Shown here: piece by piece, positions 15,225-23,165 of the stretch
How positions within the stretch are numbered: the stretch's first letter is position 1
Layout: every line of letters begins with the position of its first letter
Assembly (NCBI RefSeq): GCF_900142605.1
Contig: NZ_FRBL01000001.1
Location: forward strand, 633,836 to 665,835
Reading direction: 5' to 3'
DNA length: 32,000 bases
Origin: Chitinophaga jiangningensis
Lineage (GTDB): Bacteria > Bacteroidota > Bacteroidia > Chitinophagales > Chitinophagaceae
Notes under the pieces: generated by a model
The model's input: the letters and a program-made list of their open reading frames with translations, nothing else
Told to the model about the DNA's origin: nothing
Database searches by the model: none
Program-made: the position numbers and the translations under genes

Positions 15225-17123
15225 TTATAATAAGAATCCGATCACAAATAATACGATCATACTGATCACCATGGCAAAGATGTAGAAACCTACATTACCG
15301 GTTTGTACTAACCGGAGCTGCTGGCTACCCCATTTTACACCGCGACCTACACCGTTCACCAGCCTGTCGATACCAGCTTTTTCAACCGTATCACGGAAGA
15401 AGCGGCTCAGTTCATACAGTGGTTTAACGATCACTGCGTCATAGAGTTCATCTATATACCATTTGTTTTCAAGTACTTTAGCGAGGCCGGTATTTTCAGC
15501 ACCGGTATCCTGGTAGTTCACGAATTTCTGACGTGCCAGCAGTATCATTACAATCACCAGTACAGAACTCAGTCCCATCAGCAGCCATTCAGTGCTGTGC
15601 GACAGATGGTGCGTAACCGCGAAAGGCGCACTCGGCGCAAAAATCGGTGCCAGGTATTCGGCCAGGAAGTTTTTGGTTCCAAATACTTCAGGCATACCTA
15701 CATAACCACCTACCACAGATAAGATAGCCAGCACAATCAGAGGAACTGTCATGGCAGCAGGACTTTCATGCAGGTGATGCTCCTGTTCATGTGTACCGCG
15801 GAATTGTCCGCAGAAAGTGATGTAGTACAGGCGGAACATATAAAAAGCCGTCATCAGTGCACCAATCAAGCCTATCACGTAATAGGAGATGTTTACACCA
15901 AATGCATGGGCCAGAATTTCATCTTTGGAGAAGAAGCCGGAAAATCCGGGGATACCAGCGATAGCGATACAACCAATCAGGAAAGTCCAGTTGGTGGTAG
16001 GCATATACTTTTTAAGGCCACCCATTTTACGGATATCCTGTTCGCCACCCATTGCATGGATCACGGAACCGGAACCGAGGAACAACAGCGCTTTAAAGAA
16101 TGCGTGCGTCATCACGTGGAAAACGGCTGCTCCATAGGCACCTACGCCGAGGGCCAGGAACATATAACCCAGCTGACTCACGGTGGAGTAAGCCAATACT
16201 TTCTTAATATCGTTTTGTTTCAGTGCAATAGAAGCTGCAAACACCGCAGTAGCCAAACCAATGATGGCCACTACTGTCTGAATGCATGGTGCCAGCGTAT
16301 AGATCACGTTGCTGCGTGCAATCATGTAGATACCGGCGGTAACCATGGTAGCAGCGTGGATCAGGGCAGATACCGGGGTAGGACCCGCCATCGCATCCGG
16401 CAACCAGGTATACAGCGGAATTTGCGCTGATTTACCCATGGCACCTACAAACAGCAGCATGGCAATGGCACCCAGCACAGGACTGTTCATGCCCAGCGGC
16501 GCTGCTTTGCTGAATACTTCAGGGAATGTTACGGTACCAAACTGCATGATCATGAAGAGGATACCCAGCAGGAAGCCGAGGTCACCGATACGGTTCATGA
16601 TAAATGCTTTTTTGGCAGCATTATTATAACTGGTGTTTTTAAACCAGAATCCGATCAGGAGATAAGAACAAAGACCTACACCTTCCCATCCGATGAACAT
16701 CATCACATAATTGGCGCCCAGCACCAGGATCAGCATGGAGAACACGAAGAGGTTGAGGTAAGCAAAATATCTTGCGAAGCTCTCATTGCTCTCATCGTGC
16801 ATGTAGGAAGTGGAATAGATATGGATCAAAGTACCAACACCGGTAATGATCAGCAGGAAGAGGGCACTGAGCTGATCTACCTGAAATGCGAAAGGAATAT
16901 GCAGGGAACCAACGGAGATGAAATCGAACAGGTTCACTACCTGTGCGGTAAATCCATCAGCTTTCACCTGGAAAAAGATCATTAAGCTCACCACAAAGGC
17001 AGCCAACACCGTACTACTTCCAACAAACCCTACGAGGGACTTGGATAAAAATCTGCGTCCCAATCCATTCACCAGGAAACCTAATAATGGTAAAAATGGT
17101 ACCAGCCAAACTAGATTAATCAT
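15225..17123 (-). CDS. nuoL: NADH-quinone oxidoreductase subunit L
   Basis: 632 aa with WEGVGLCSYLLIGFW and PLYTWLPDAMAGPTPVSALIHAATMV motifs and a long C-terminal extension typical of NuoL. Confidence 0.95.
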   Translation of the reverse strand: MINLVWLVPFLPLLGFLVNGLGRRFLSKSLVGFVGSSTVLAAFVVSLMIFFQVKADGFTAQVVNLFDFISVGSLHIPFAFQVDQLSALFLLIITGVGTLIHIYSTSYMHDESNESFARYFAYLNLFVFSMLILVLGANYVMMFIGWEGVGLCSYLLIGFWFKNTSYNNAAKKAFIMNRIGDLGFLLGILFMIMQFGTVTFPEVFSKAAPLGMNSPVLGAIAMLLFVGAMGKSAQIPLYTWLPDAMAGPTPVSALIHAATMVTAGIYMIARSNVIYTLAPCIQTVVAIIGLATAVFAASIALKQNDIKKVLAYSTVSQLGYMFLALGVGAYGAAVFHVMTHAFFKALLFLGSGSVIHAMGGEQDIRKMGGLKKYMPTTNWTFLIGCIAIAGIPGFSGFFSKDEILAHAFGVNISYYVIGLIGALMTAFYMFRLYYITFCGQFRGTHEQEHHLHESPAAMTVPLIVLAILSVVGGYVGMPEVFGTKNFLAEYLAPIFAPSAPFAVTHHLSHSTEWLLMGLSSVLVIVMILLARQKFVNYQDTGAENTGLAKVLENKWYIDELYDAVIVKPLYELSRFFRDTVEKAGIDRLVNGVGRGVKWGSQQLRLVQTGNVGFYIFAMVISMIVLFVIGFLL

Positions 17124-17179
17124 TTATCAATTCTATTTACGACGTCGAAATAATTAATAATTATGAAGGAGGAGAATTA

Positions 17180-17497
17180 TTAATTTTTCAGCCTGTTAAG
17201 AATGTTTATATCTACGGAGTGTGTATTTCTGTAGACCATTGTAATAATGGCCAGACCAACTGCTACTTCAGCAGCGGCTACCACCATGATAAAAAACACG
17301 AACAACTGCGCTGAACCGGCATCTACTTTTCCGGCATCTGCCCACATTTTGGAGAAGGCTACCAGCAGCAGGTTTACCGCGTTTAACATCAGCTCTATGC
17401 ACATAAAGATGATGATGGCGTTTCTGCGCATCAGCACTCCCATCACACCAATACAAAACAGGGCGATACTCAGGAATATGTAATATTGAACAGGCAT
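17180..17497 (-). CDS. nuoK: NADH-quinone oxidoreductase subunit K
   Basis: 105 aa with 3 TM helices and a conserved mid-membrane Glu ([11 protein letters not shown]...[11 protein letters not shown]). Confidence 0.93.
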   Translation of the reverse strand: MPVQYYIFLSIALFCIGVMGVLMRRNAIIIFMCIELMLNAVNLLLVAFSKMWADAGKVDAGSAQLFVFFIMVVAAAEVAVGLAIITMVYRNTHSVDINILNRLKN

Positions 17498-17539
17498 AAA
17501 AATGAATTACGTTTTACGAATTATGCTGACCTGGTAAGA

Positions 17540-18040
17540 TCAGTCTTTTTTACCAATAACTACTGCACCTACCATTGCACTCAGGAACAGGATGCTGCTA
17601 ATCTCAAATGGTACTACATACTGTGTAAACAGTAGTTTTCCCAGGTTGTGAATCAGTCCTATTTCCACGGATGACTCACTGAGTGCCGGCATGCTGGCGT
17701 CGCGCAGGGCGGCTACCAGTACTACCAGTAAAGCACCTCCGCTCACAGCTCCGGCATATTTCAGCCAGTTGCGTTTCTGCGGTTCAATGTCTGCATCCAG
17801 GTTCATCAGCATCATTACATAAAGGAACAATACCATGATGGCTCCCGCGTACACGATGATATGTACTACGGCCAGGAACTGAGCATTGAGCATGATATAA
17901 TGTCCGGCAATAGCGAAGAATGTCACAATCAGACATAATACGCTTGATACAGGATTTTTGCTCAATACCACGCCCAGCGCCGATACCAGCGCTACTAACG
18001 ACAGCACCATGAAAATTATTTGTTGTATACTCATTCCCAT
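17540..18040 (-). CDS. nuoJ: NADH-quinone oxidoreductase subunit J
   Basis: 166-aa membrane protein between nuoI and nuoK, NuoJ-like (VVHIIVYAGAIMVLFLYVMM). Confidence 0.9.
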   Translation of the reverse strand: MGMSIQQIIFMVLSLVALVSALGVVLSKNPVSSVLCLIVTFFAIAGHYIMLNAQFLAVVHIIVYAGAIMVLFLYVMMLMNLDADIEPQKRNWLKYAGAVSGGALLVVLVAALRDASMPALSESSVEIGLIHNLGKLLFTQYVVPFEISSILFLSAMVGAVVIGKKD

Positions 18041-18080
18041 CTCTGCTATGTTTGACTATTGTATTTTTTTTGGACGAAAA

Positions 18081-18590
18081 TTATTTACCGGAAGATGTCT
18101 TTGGATTCGGAATCAGCAGATCCTGCTTACCGTAGATAAAGCCTTTACGCTCGTACATGGCAGGCGCAAAAGTTTCTGACATATAAACGGCATCTTTCGG
18201 GCAGGCTTCTTCACAGAAACCGCAGAAGATGCAACGCAACATGTTGATCTCATAACGGGCAGCATATTTCTCTTCACGATACAGGTGCTCTTCTCCCGGT
18301 TTTCTTTCCGCCGCTTCCATGGTTATAGCTTCGGCAGGACAAGCAACCGCACAAAGGCCGCAGGCAGTGCATCTTTCACGCCCCTCTTCATCTCTGTTCA
18401 ATACATGTAATCCGCGGAATACAGGGCTGAACTGACGTTTCTTCTCTGGAAAGCTAACGGTAGCCTTACGTTGAAAAAGGTGTTTCAGGGTGATACCCAT
18501 TCCTTTTGCAATCGCAGGGATATACATCTTCTCCATGAAAGTCATGGGTCTGCGATCTACCGGTTTTGCCCTATTGGTTAAAGTTTGCAT
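18081..18590 (-). CDS. nuoI: NADH-quinone oxidoreductase subunit I (2x[4Fe-4S] ferredoxin-like)
   Basis: Two CxxCxxCxxxCP motifs: CTACGLCAVACP and CIFCGFCEEACP. Confidence 0.95.
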   Translation of the reverse strand: MQTLTNRAKPVDRRPMTFMEKMYIPAIAKGMGITLKHLFQRKATVSFPEKKRQFSPVFRGLHVLNRDEEGRERCTACGLCAVACPAEAITMEAAERKPGEEHLYREEKYAARYEINMLRCIFCGFCEEACPKDAVYMSETFAPAMYERKGFIYGKQDLLIPNPKTSSGK

Positions 18591-18641
18591 AATGAATGCT
18601 ATTTAAGTCCTGCCGCTGTTACACGGCAGGCAAATATTTAA

Positions 18642-19685
18642 TTAATGATGACGTAATAATTCAACTGCTCCGGTGATCAGCATGTTAGCCAATGCCAGCG
18701 GAATCAGTACTCTCCAGCCCAGGCGCATCAGCTGATCATAACGGAATCTCGGAATAGTCCAGCGCACCCACATAAAGAAGAAAATAAACAGGAGGGTTTT
18801 GATGAACAGTGCCAGGAAACCGGTCAGTGCCAGCATGTTTTCGCTCAGGCCCAGTTTATCCATTCCTGGATAAGCATAACCACCGAAGTACAGGGTTGCC
18901 ATCAGGGCGGAGCTGATAAACATGTTGATATATTCAGCGAACAGGAAGAAGCCGAGTTTCATGGAAGAATATTCCAGGTGGTAACCACCATTCAGCTCGT
19001 TCTCTGCTTCCGGAAGGTCGAAAGGAGTACGGTTACACTCTGCAAAAGCACAGATCAGGAAGATCAGGAAGCCCAGGGGCTGATATACTACGTTCCAGAG
19101 TCCGGCACGTTGTTGTTCCACGATTTCCTTCAGGCTCAGAGTGCCGGTCAGCATCAGCAGCGCGATCAGCGCCAGGCCCATAGGCAACTCGTAGGAGATG
19201 ATCTGGGAGGCAGCACGTACAGATGCCAGGAGAGAGAATTTGTTGTTAGATGCCCAACCACCAATCATAATACCGTAAACACCCATACTCACCACGCCGA
19301 AAATGAACAGGATACCGATGTTTACATCTGCTACCTGCAGGGAGATCTGACGGCCGGCGATGGTAATGGTATCGGCCCATGGAATAACGGCGCTGGTCAT
19401 ACAGGCCACCAACATAGCGATGGACGGGCCGAGGATGAACAGGAACCTGTTGGAATTGGTAGGAATGATTTCTTCTTTAAAGAAAAGTTTACCTCCATCT
19501 GCCAGTGGTTGCAGTAACCCCATAGGACCCGCACGGTTAGGACCAAGGCGATCCTGGATCCAGGCAGCTACCTTTCTTTCGCCCCAGGTAGAGTACATTG
19601 CCACTACCAGCGAAAGGACCAATACTCCTGAGATAAGGAGAATCTTTTCAATTAAGAAAAACCAGTCTATACTTAATAACGTCAT
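18642..19685 (-). CDS. nuoH: NADH-quinone oxidoreductase subunit H
   Basis: The ORF 18642-19691 start is TTG; the ATG is at 19685. Contains ERKVAAWIQDRLGPNR and FAECNRTPFDLPEAENELNGGYHLEYS, which are NuoH/ND1 signatures. Confidence 0.95.
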   Translation of the reverse strand: MTLLSIDWFFLIEKILLISGVLVLSLVVAMYSTWGERKVAAWIQDRLGPNRAGPMGLLQPLADGGKLFFKEEIIPTNSNRFLFILGPSIAMLVACMTSAVIPWADTITIAGRQISLQVADVNIGILFIFGVVSMGVYGIMIGGWASNNKFSLLASVRAASQIISYELPMGLALIALLMLTGTLSLKEIVEQQRAGLWNVVYQPLGFLIFLICAFAECNRTPFDLPEAENELNGGYHLEYSSMKLGFFLFAEYINMFISSALMATLYFGGYAYPGMDKLGLSENMLALTGFLALFIKTLLFIFFFMWVRWTIPRFRYDQLMRLGWRVLIPLALANMLITGAVELLRHH

Positions 19686-19711
19686 TTCCAAATACGATTA
19701 CGAATTACAAA

Positions 19712-20809
19712 TTACGATTGAGATTTATTGAAATCGTCAGAGTGTGCCGGTCCGTCGATCTTCGACAGGTCGATGGTAGGCCTGTTTACCTCACTCTGCG
19801 TATGGATATCGAACAGCAGTTTTGGCTGGCGGCCATCCAGTACTTCTACAAGCGGGTCTTTCGGTTTCACGGTATTTACATAGTGACCCTGAGAGATAAC
19901 GCTGTGGCGGTCAATCTTACGAGGTCCTTCTATGGTCCAATCTTTTACGTCTTTCTTTTCGAAGCGGCAGGTATCACAGATCCAGTTTTCCACTTCACCG
20001 TATTGGTCTTTGCGGGCGGTTACGCGGAATACTTCATCACCACGCATCCAGAGTGCCACTTTACCGCAGCATTTAGGATTATCGCAATTGCGGTGAGCAT
20101 CCACAGGTTTGAGGAACCATACACGGTTTTTGAAACGTGCCGTTTTATCGGTGAGCGCACCTACCGGACAAACATCGATTACGTTACCGATGAAATCATT
20201 GTCCAGGTTATTCTGGATATAAGTGCTGATCTGGGAGTGATCACCTCTGTCGAGTACACCGTGCTCACGTGATGCTGTCAGCTGATCCGCTGTGAATACG
20301 CAACGGTAGCAGAGGATACAGCGGGTCATGTGCAGCTGGATATGATCACCGAGATCTATTTTATCAAATGTTCTGCGTTTAAATTCGTAGCGGGTACCTT
20401 CAGCGCCGTGTTCGTAGCTGAGGTCCTGCAGGTCGCACTCACCAGCCTGGTCACACACCGGGCAATCCAGCGGGTGGTTGATGAGCAGGAATTCCACGAT
20501 GCCTTTGCGGGCTTCCAGTACTTCCGGAGAGGTGATATTGGCTACTTCCATACCATCCATTACAGTAGTACGGCAGCTGGCTACCAGTTTAGGCATAGGG
20601 CGCGGATCCGCTTCTGAACCTTTCGTCACTTTTACCAGGCAGGTACGGCATTTACCACCACTACCCTGCAGTTTGGAATAGTAACACATAGCCGGTGGCA
20701 CTACATCTCCTCCAATACCACGTGCTGCATTCAAAATGGTAGTACCTGGTTCGACCTCCACGGAGATGTTATCGATCTTAACCTTGAATAATTTTTTTTC
20801 CTCCGCCAT
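19712..20809 (-). CDS. nuoG: NADH-quinone oxidoreductase subunit G, short form (Fe-S N-terminal part only, 365 aa)
   Basis: [2Fe-2S] cysteines (MCYY...KCRTC...ASC), HPLDCPVCDQAGEC (N5-type) and CILCYRC...CPVGA (N4-type), then a cysteine-containing remnant (CDNPKCC...CDTC). There is no long molybdopterin-oxidoreductase-like domain. Confidence 0.9.
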   Translation of the reverse strand: MAEEKKLFKVKIDNISVEVEPGTTILNAARGIGGDVVPPAMCYYSKLQGSGGKCRTCLVKVTKGSEADPRPMPKLVASCRTTVMDGMEVANITSPEVLEARKGIVEFLLINHPLDCPVCDQAGECDLQDLSYEHGAEGTRYEFKRRTFDKIDLGDHIQLHMTRCILCYRCVFTADQLTASREHGVLDRGDHSQISTYIQNNLDNDFIGNVIDVCPVGALTDKTARFKNRVWFLKPVDAHRNCDNPKCCGKVALWMRGDEVFRVTARKDQYGEVENWICDTCRFEKKDVKDWTIEGPRKIDRHSVISQGHYVNTVKPKDPLVEVLDGRQPKLLFDIHTQSEVNRPTIDLSKIDGPAHSDDFNKSQS

Positions 20810-20850
20810 TGTTTTGATTTTTATACTCGCAGTGCGAGCGCTTCCTTTTA

Positions 20851-20955
20851 TTTTTTTCTCGCAGATAGCTTATTGGGCCAGGAGCGAGGATTGTGTTTTG
20901 TCTTTTTTTCACGCAAAGCAGCATAAGCAGCTAAGCAGCTAAGGATTATGTTTTG
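20851..20955 (+). repeat. Tandem pair of the ~50-bp repeat: degenerate copy 20851-20899 and good copy 20903-20955 (left arm of the cassette)
   Basis: tttttttctcgcagatagcttattgggccaggagcgaggattgtgttttg followed by tttttttcacgcaaagcagcataagcagctaagcagctaaggattatgttttg. This is the same architecture as 205-311. Confidence 0.75.
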
Positions 20956-20972
20956 TTGATTAAGTTCCGATT

Positions 20973-21001
20973 ATAGAGATAAAAACGAATTTTATCTCTA
21001 T
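20973..21001 (-). other. 12-bp perfect hairpin downstream of the GxxExxY stop, with no U-tract
   Basis: atagagataaaa (20973-20984) pairs with ttttatctctat (20990-21001), with a 5-nt loop. Confidence 0.55.
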
Positions 21002-21042
21002 TCTTTTGTTGTTAAACCATTGAACTTTTCCTTAGTGTTATA

Positions 21043-21420
21043 TTACAAATTGCACACGACACGGTGTATCCCATCTTTTATCAGCTTAACATTGAAATTC
21101 ACTAATAATCCGAGTTTTATCTCAGATAATTTGAGATATGTATAGAGCTGTTTGAAATGAACCTCTTCCAATGCTTTTAAGCTTTTAATTTCAACAATAA
21201 CTTTATTGTTAATTATAATATCCGCTTTGAAAGCATTTTCAATAATGATTTCATCATGTTCAATATCGACTCCCACTTCTGTCCTGACAAAGAAACCATT
21301 CCTTTCGAGTTCATATACAAGTAATCGATGGTAAACCGATTCAAACAAACCAGGTCCATACCGCTGGTGCAAATGAAAACAAAGATCTACAATCTCTTTC
21401 GAGATTTCATTTTCAGTCAT
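21043..21420 (-). CDS. GxxExxY protein (PDDEXK_3 / PD-(D/E)XK nuclease-fold family, function unknown)
   Basis: 125 aa. GLFESVY matches the GxxExxY motif, and ADIIINNKVIVEIKS gives D...ExK. ATG at 21420, TAA at 21043-21045. The gene is markedly AT-rich relative to its neighbours. Confidence 0.85.
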   Translation of the reverse strand: MTENEISKEIVDLCFHLHQRYGPGLFESVYHRLLVYELERNGFFVRTEVGVDIEHDEIIIENAFKADIIINNKVIVEIKSLKALEEVHFKQLYTYLKLSEIKLGLLVNFNVKLIKDGIHRVVCNL

Positions 21421-21475
21421 GGATGAATAATTAAAAGGTTAACAAATTCTGAAAACAAACAAATTTCTTATCAAA

Positions 21476-21516
21476 CTCCTTTGCTGCTTATGCTGCTTTG
21501 CGAGCAAAAAAGATCT
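21476..21516 (-). repeat. Inverted copy of the ~50-bp repeat (right arm of the cassette)
   Basis: The reverse complement reads gatcttttttgctcgcaaagcagcataagcagcaaaggag. The core 21483-21502 is the exact reverse complement of 20912-20931. Confidence 0.85.
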
Positions 21517-21526
21517 ACTCCATTTC

Positions 21527-22885
21527 CTAAACTGTAGCCGCAACCGGCAACGGATCAGCATAATGCGCTAAACCGAAGTTGCGGCGCTGCGCTTCTTCCG
21601 GATTTTTCACATGCCATTCAAACTCGTCACGGAAGTGGCGGATAGCTGCTGCCACCGGCCATGCTGCCGCATCTCCCAGCGGGCAGATGGTGTTACCTTC
21701 GATCTTGCGCTGGATGTCCCAGAGCAGGTCGATATCACTCATCTTACCTTTACCTGTTTCTATATTTTTCAGCACTTTTTCCATCCAGCCGGTACCTTCA
21801 CGGCAAGGGCTACACTGACCACAGCTTTCGTGGTGATAGAAGCGTGCGAAAGTGAGCGTGTTTTTAACGATACACTGGTCTTCGTCCATCACGATGAAAC
21901 CGCCGGAACCCAACATGGAGCCGGTTGCGAAACCGCCATCAGCCAGGCTTTCATAGGTCATCATCCTGGTTTCACCCTTCGCTGTTTTCAGCAGCAGGTT
22001 GGCAGGCAGCACCGGTACGGAAGAACCACCCGGGATACATGCTTTCAGACGTTTACCGTTTCTGATACCACCGCAGTATTCATCAGAGAAGATGAATTCT
22101 TCCACAGAGATATTCATTTCGATTTCGTATACCCCTGGTTTGTTGATATTACCGCAGGCAGAAATCAGTTTGGTACCGGTAGATTTACCTGTACCGAGTT
22201 TAATATATTCATCGCCGCCGTACTTAATGATTGGTACTACTGCTGCGAGGGTTTCAACGTTGTTTACCACTGTAGGGCACTGCCAGAGGCCTTTTACAGC
22301 CGGGAACGGAGGTTTGATACGTGGGTTACCGCGTTTACCTTCCAGGGATTCGATGAGCGCAGTTTCTTCACCGCAGATGTAAGCACCGGCACCGCGTTGT
22401 ACATATATTTCCAGGTCAAAACCGGTACCCTGAATGTTTTTACCCAGCCAGCCATTATTTTTCGCTTCGGCGATGGCTTGTTCCAGGATATCAGGAATCC
22501 AGGCGTATTCGCCGCGGATATAGATGTAGCAAGCGTTTGCTCCGAGGGTGAAGCTGGAGATCAGCAGCCCTTCGATCAGCAGGTGTGGGATAAATTCCAT
22601 GAGGTAGCGGTCTTTAAAAGTACCGGGCTCAGATTCATCCGCATTACAAACGAGGTAACGGGGAACACCTTCAGGCTTGGCAATGAAGCTCCATTTCATA
22701 CCGGTAGGGAAGCCGGCACCACCACGACCTCTGAGGCCACTCTTTTTCACTTCTTCCAGAACAGCTTCAGGCCCCATGCTTTTCAGCGCTTTTTCAGCTG
22801 CAGCATAACCGCCGTTTCTCCGGTAAGTATCGTAATACCGGATGCCTTCAATATGTGCGTTTTCTAAAAGTAATTTGCGTCCCAT
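21527..22885 (-). CDS. nuoF: NADH-quinone oxidoreductase subunit F (FMN and NADH binding, N3 cluster)
   Basis: GLRGRGGAGFPTGMKWSF (FMN/NADH site) and ESCGQCSPCREG ([4Fe-4S] N3). Confidence 0.96.
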   Translation of the reverse strand: MGRKLLLENAHIEGIRYYDTYRRNGGYAAAEKALKSMGPEAVLEEVKKSGLRGRGGAGFPTGMKWSFIAKPEGVPRYLVCNADESEPGTFKDRYLMEFIPHLLIEGLLISSFTLGANACYIYIRGEYAWIPDILEQAIAEAKNNGWLGKNIQGTGFDLEIYVQRGAGAYICGEETALIESLEGKRGNPRIKPPFPAVKGLWQCPTVVNNVETLAAVVPIIKYGGDEYIKLGTGKSTGTKLISACGNINKPGVYEIEMNISVEEFIFSDEYCGGIRNGKRLKACIPGGSSVPVLPANLLLKTAKGETRMMTYESLADGGFATGSMLGSGGFIVMDEDQCIVKNTLTFARFYHHESCGQCSPCREGTGWMEKVLKNIETGKGKMSDIDLLWDIQRKIEGNTICPLGDAAAWPVAAAIRHFRDEFEWHVKNPEEAQRRNFGLAHYADPLPVAATV

Positions 22886-22952
22886 TTTCTTCCTTATAGA
22901 TTGATAACAACAGCTGCTGTCATCAACAGATTTTAGTATAGATTAAAGACCA

Positions 22953-23144
22953 TCAGGCTCTGCTGGCTCCCCGCTTTGCGATGCGGTTGCCAAGGCGGTA
23001 CAACAGGTATCCGGCGCTAACGCCGAAAACAAAGGAAACAAAAGCATTCTCAATTCTCCACAAAGCTGTGAATAACCCCATCAGCAATATGGTTTCGATA
23101 ATGAAGAACTTATTTTGCAGTAGTAAACCTGTCAATAACCTCAT
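22953..23144 (-). CDS. Candidate 63-aa two-helix membrane micro-protein in the nuoE-nuoF gap
   Basis: Same strand as the operon. The ATG lies 21 nt after the nuoE stop, and the stop lies 67 nt before the nuoF ATG. Two hydrophobic segments (LLTGLLLQNKFFIIETILLMGLFTALW and AFVSFVFGVSAGYLLY) precede a basic tail. No family recognised. Confidence 0.4.
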   Translation of the reverse strand: MRLLTGLLLQNKFFIIETILLMGLFTALWRIENAFVSFVFGVSAGYLLYRLGNRIAKRGASRA

Positions 23145-23165
23145 GGGTATTTTTTTAAACTGGAA

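Larger units (their letters stand above)
20851..21516 (-). mobile_element. Putative inverted-repeat-bounded GxxExxY cassette inserted between nuoF and nuoG
   Basis: Perfect 20-bp inverted repeats, an AT-rich cargo gene, a solo copy of the repeat family elsewhere in the window (205-311), and a 717-bp gap in an otherwise compact operon. Mobility itself is an inference. Confidence 0.4.

Noticed and set aside
20736-20942. 68-aa plus-strand ORF spanning the nuoG start and the 50-bp repeats (ends ...FFHAKQHKQLSS)
   Set aside because: It is antisense to the nuoG 5' end, and the rest is a read-through of repeat DNA. The same pseudo-peptide pattern appears wherever the repeat occurs.
20810-21042. Internal promoter for nuoG-N (or for the GxxExxY gene at 21421-21526)
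   Set aside because: I scanned the minus strand for TAnnTTTG (CAAAnnTA on the plus strand) and found no match. Absence by eye is weak evidence, so this stays open and is listed as a test under the findings.
20840-21526. Target-site duplication flanking the GxxExxY cassette
   Set aside because: I compared the sequence outside both arms by eye (left ...cttcctttta, right gatctactccatttcc...) and found no convincing direct repeat. For that reason I do not claim transposition.
21611-22867. 418-aa plus-strand ORF, plus 21579-21818, 21661-21855 and 21999-22382
   Set aside because: They are entirely antisense to nuoF, whose product carries unmistakable FMN and N3 motifs. They are typical shadow ORFs with no recognisable protein features.
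22901-22926. Apparent hairpin ttgataacaacagctgctgtcatcaa just upstream of nuoF
   Set aside because: The inner arms (acagc/gctgt) would leave a 1-nt loop and the outer arms are only 5 bp. This is not a credible structure.
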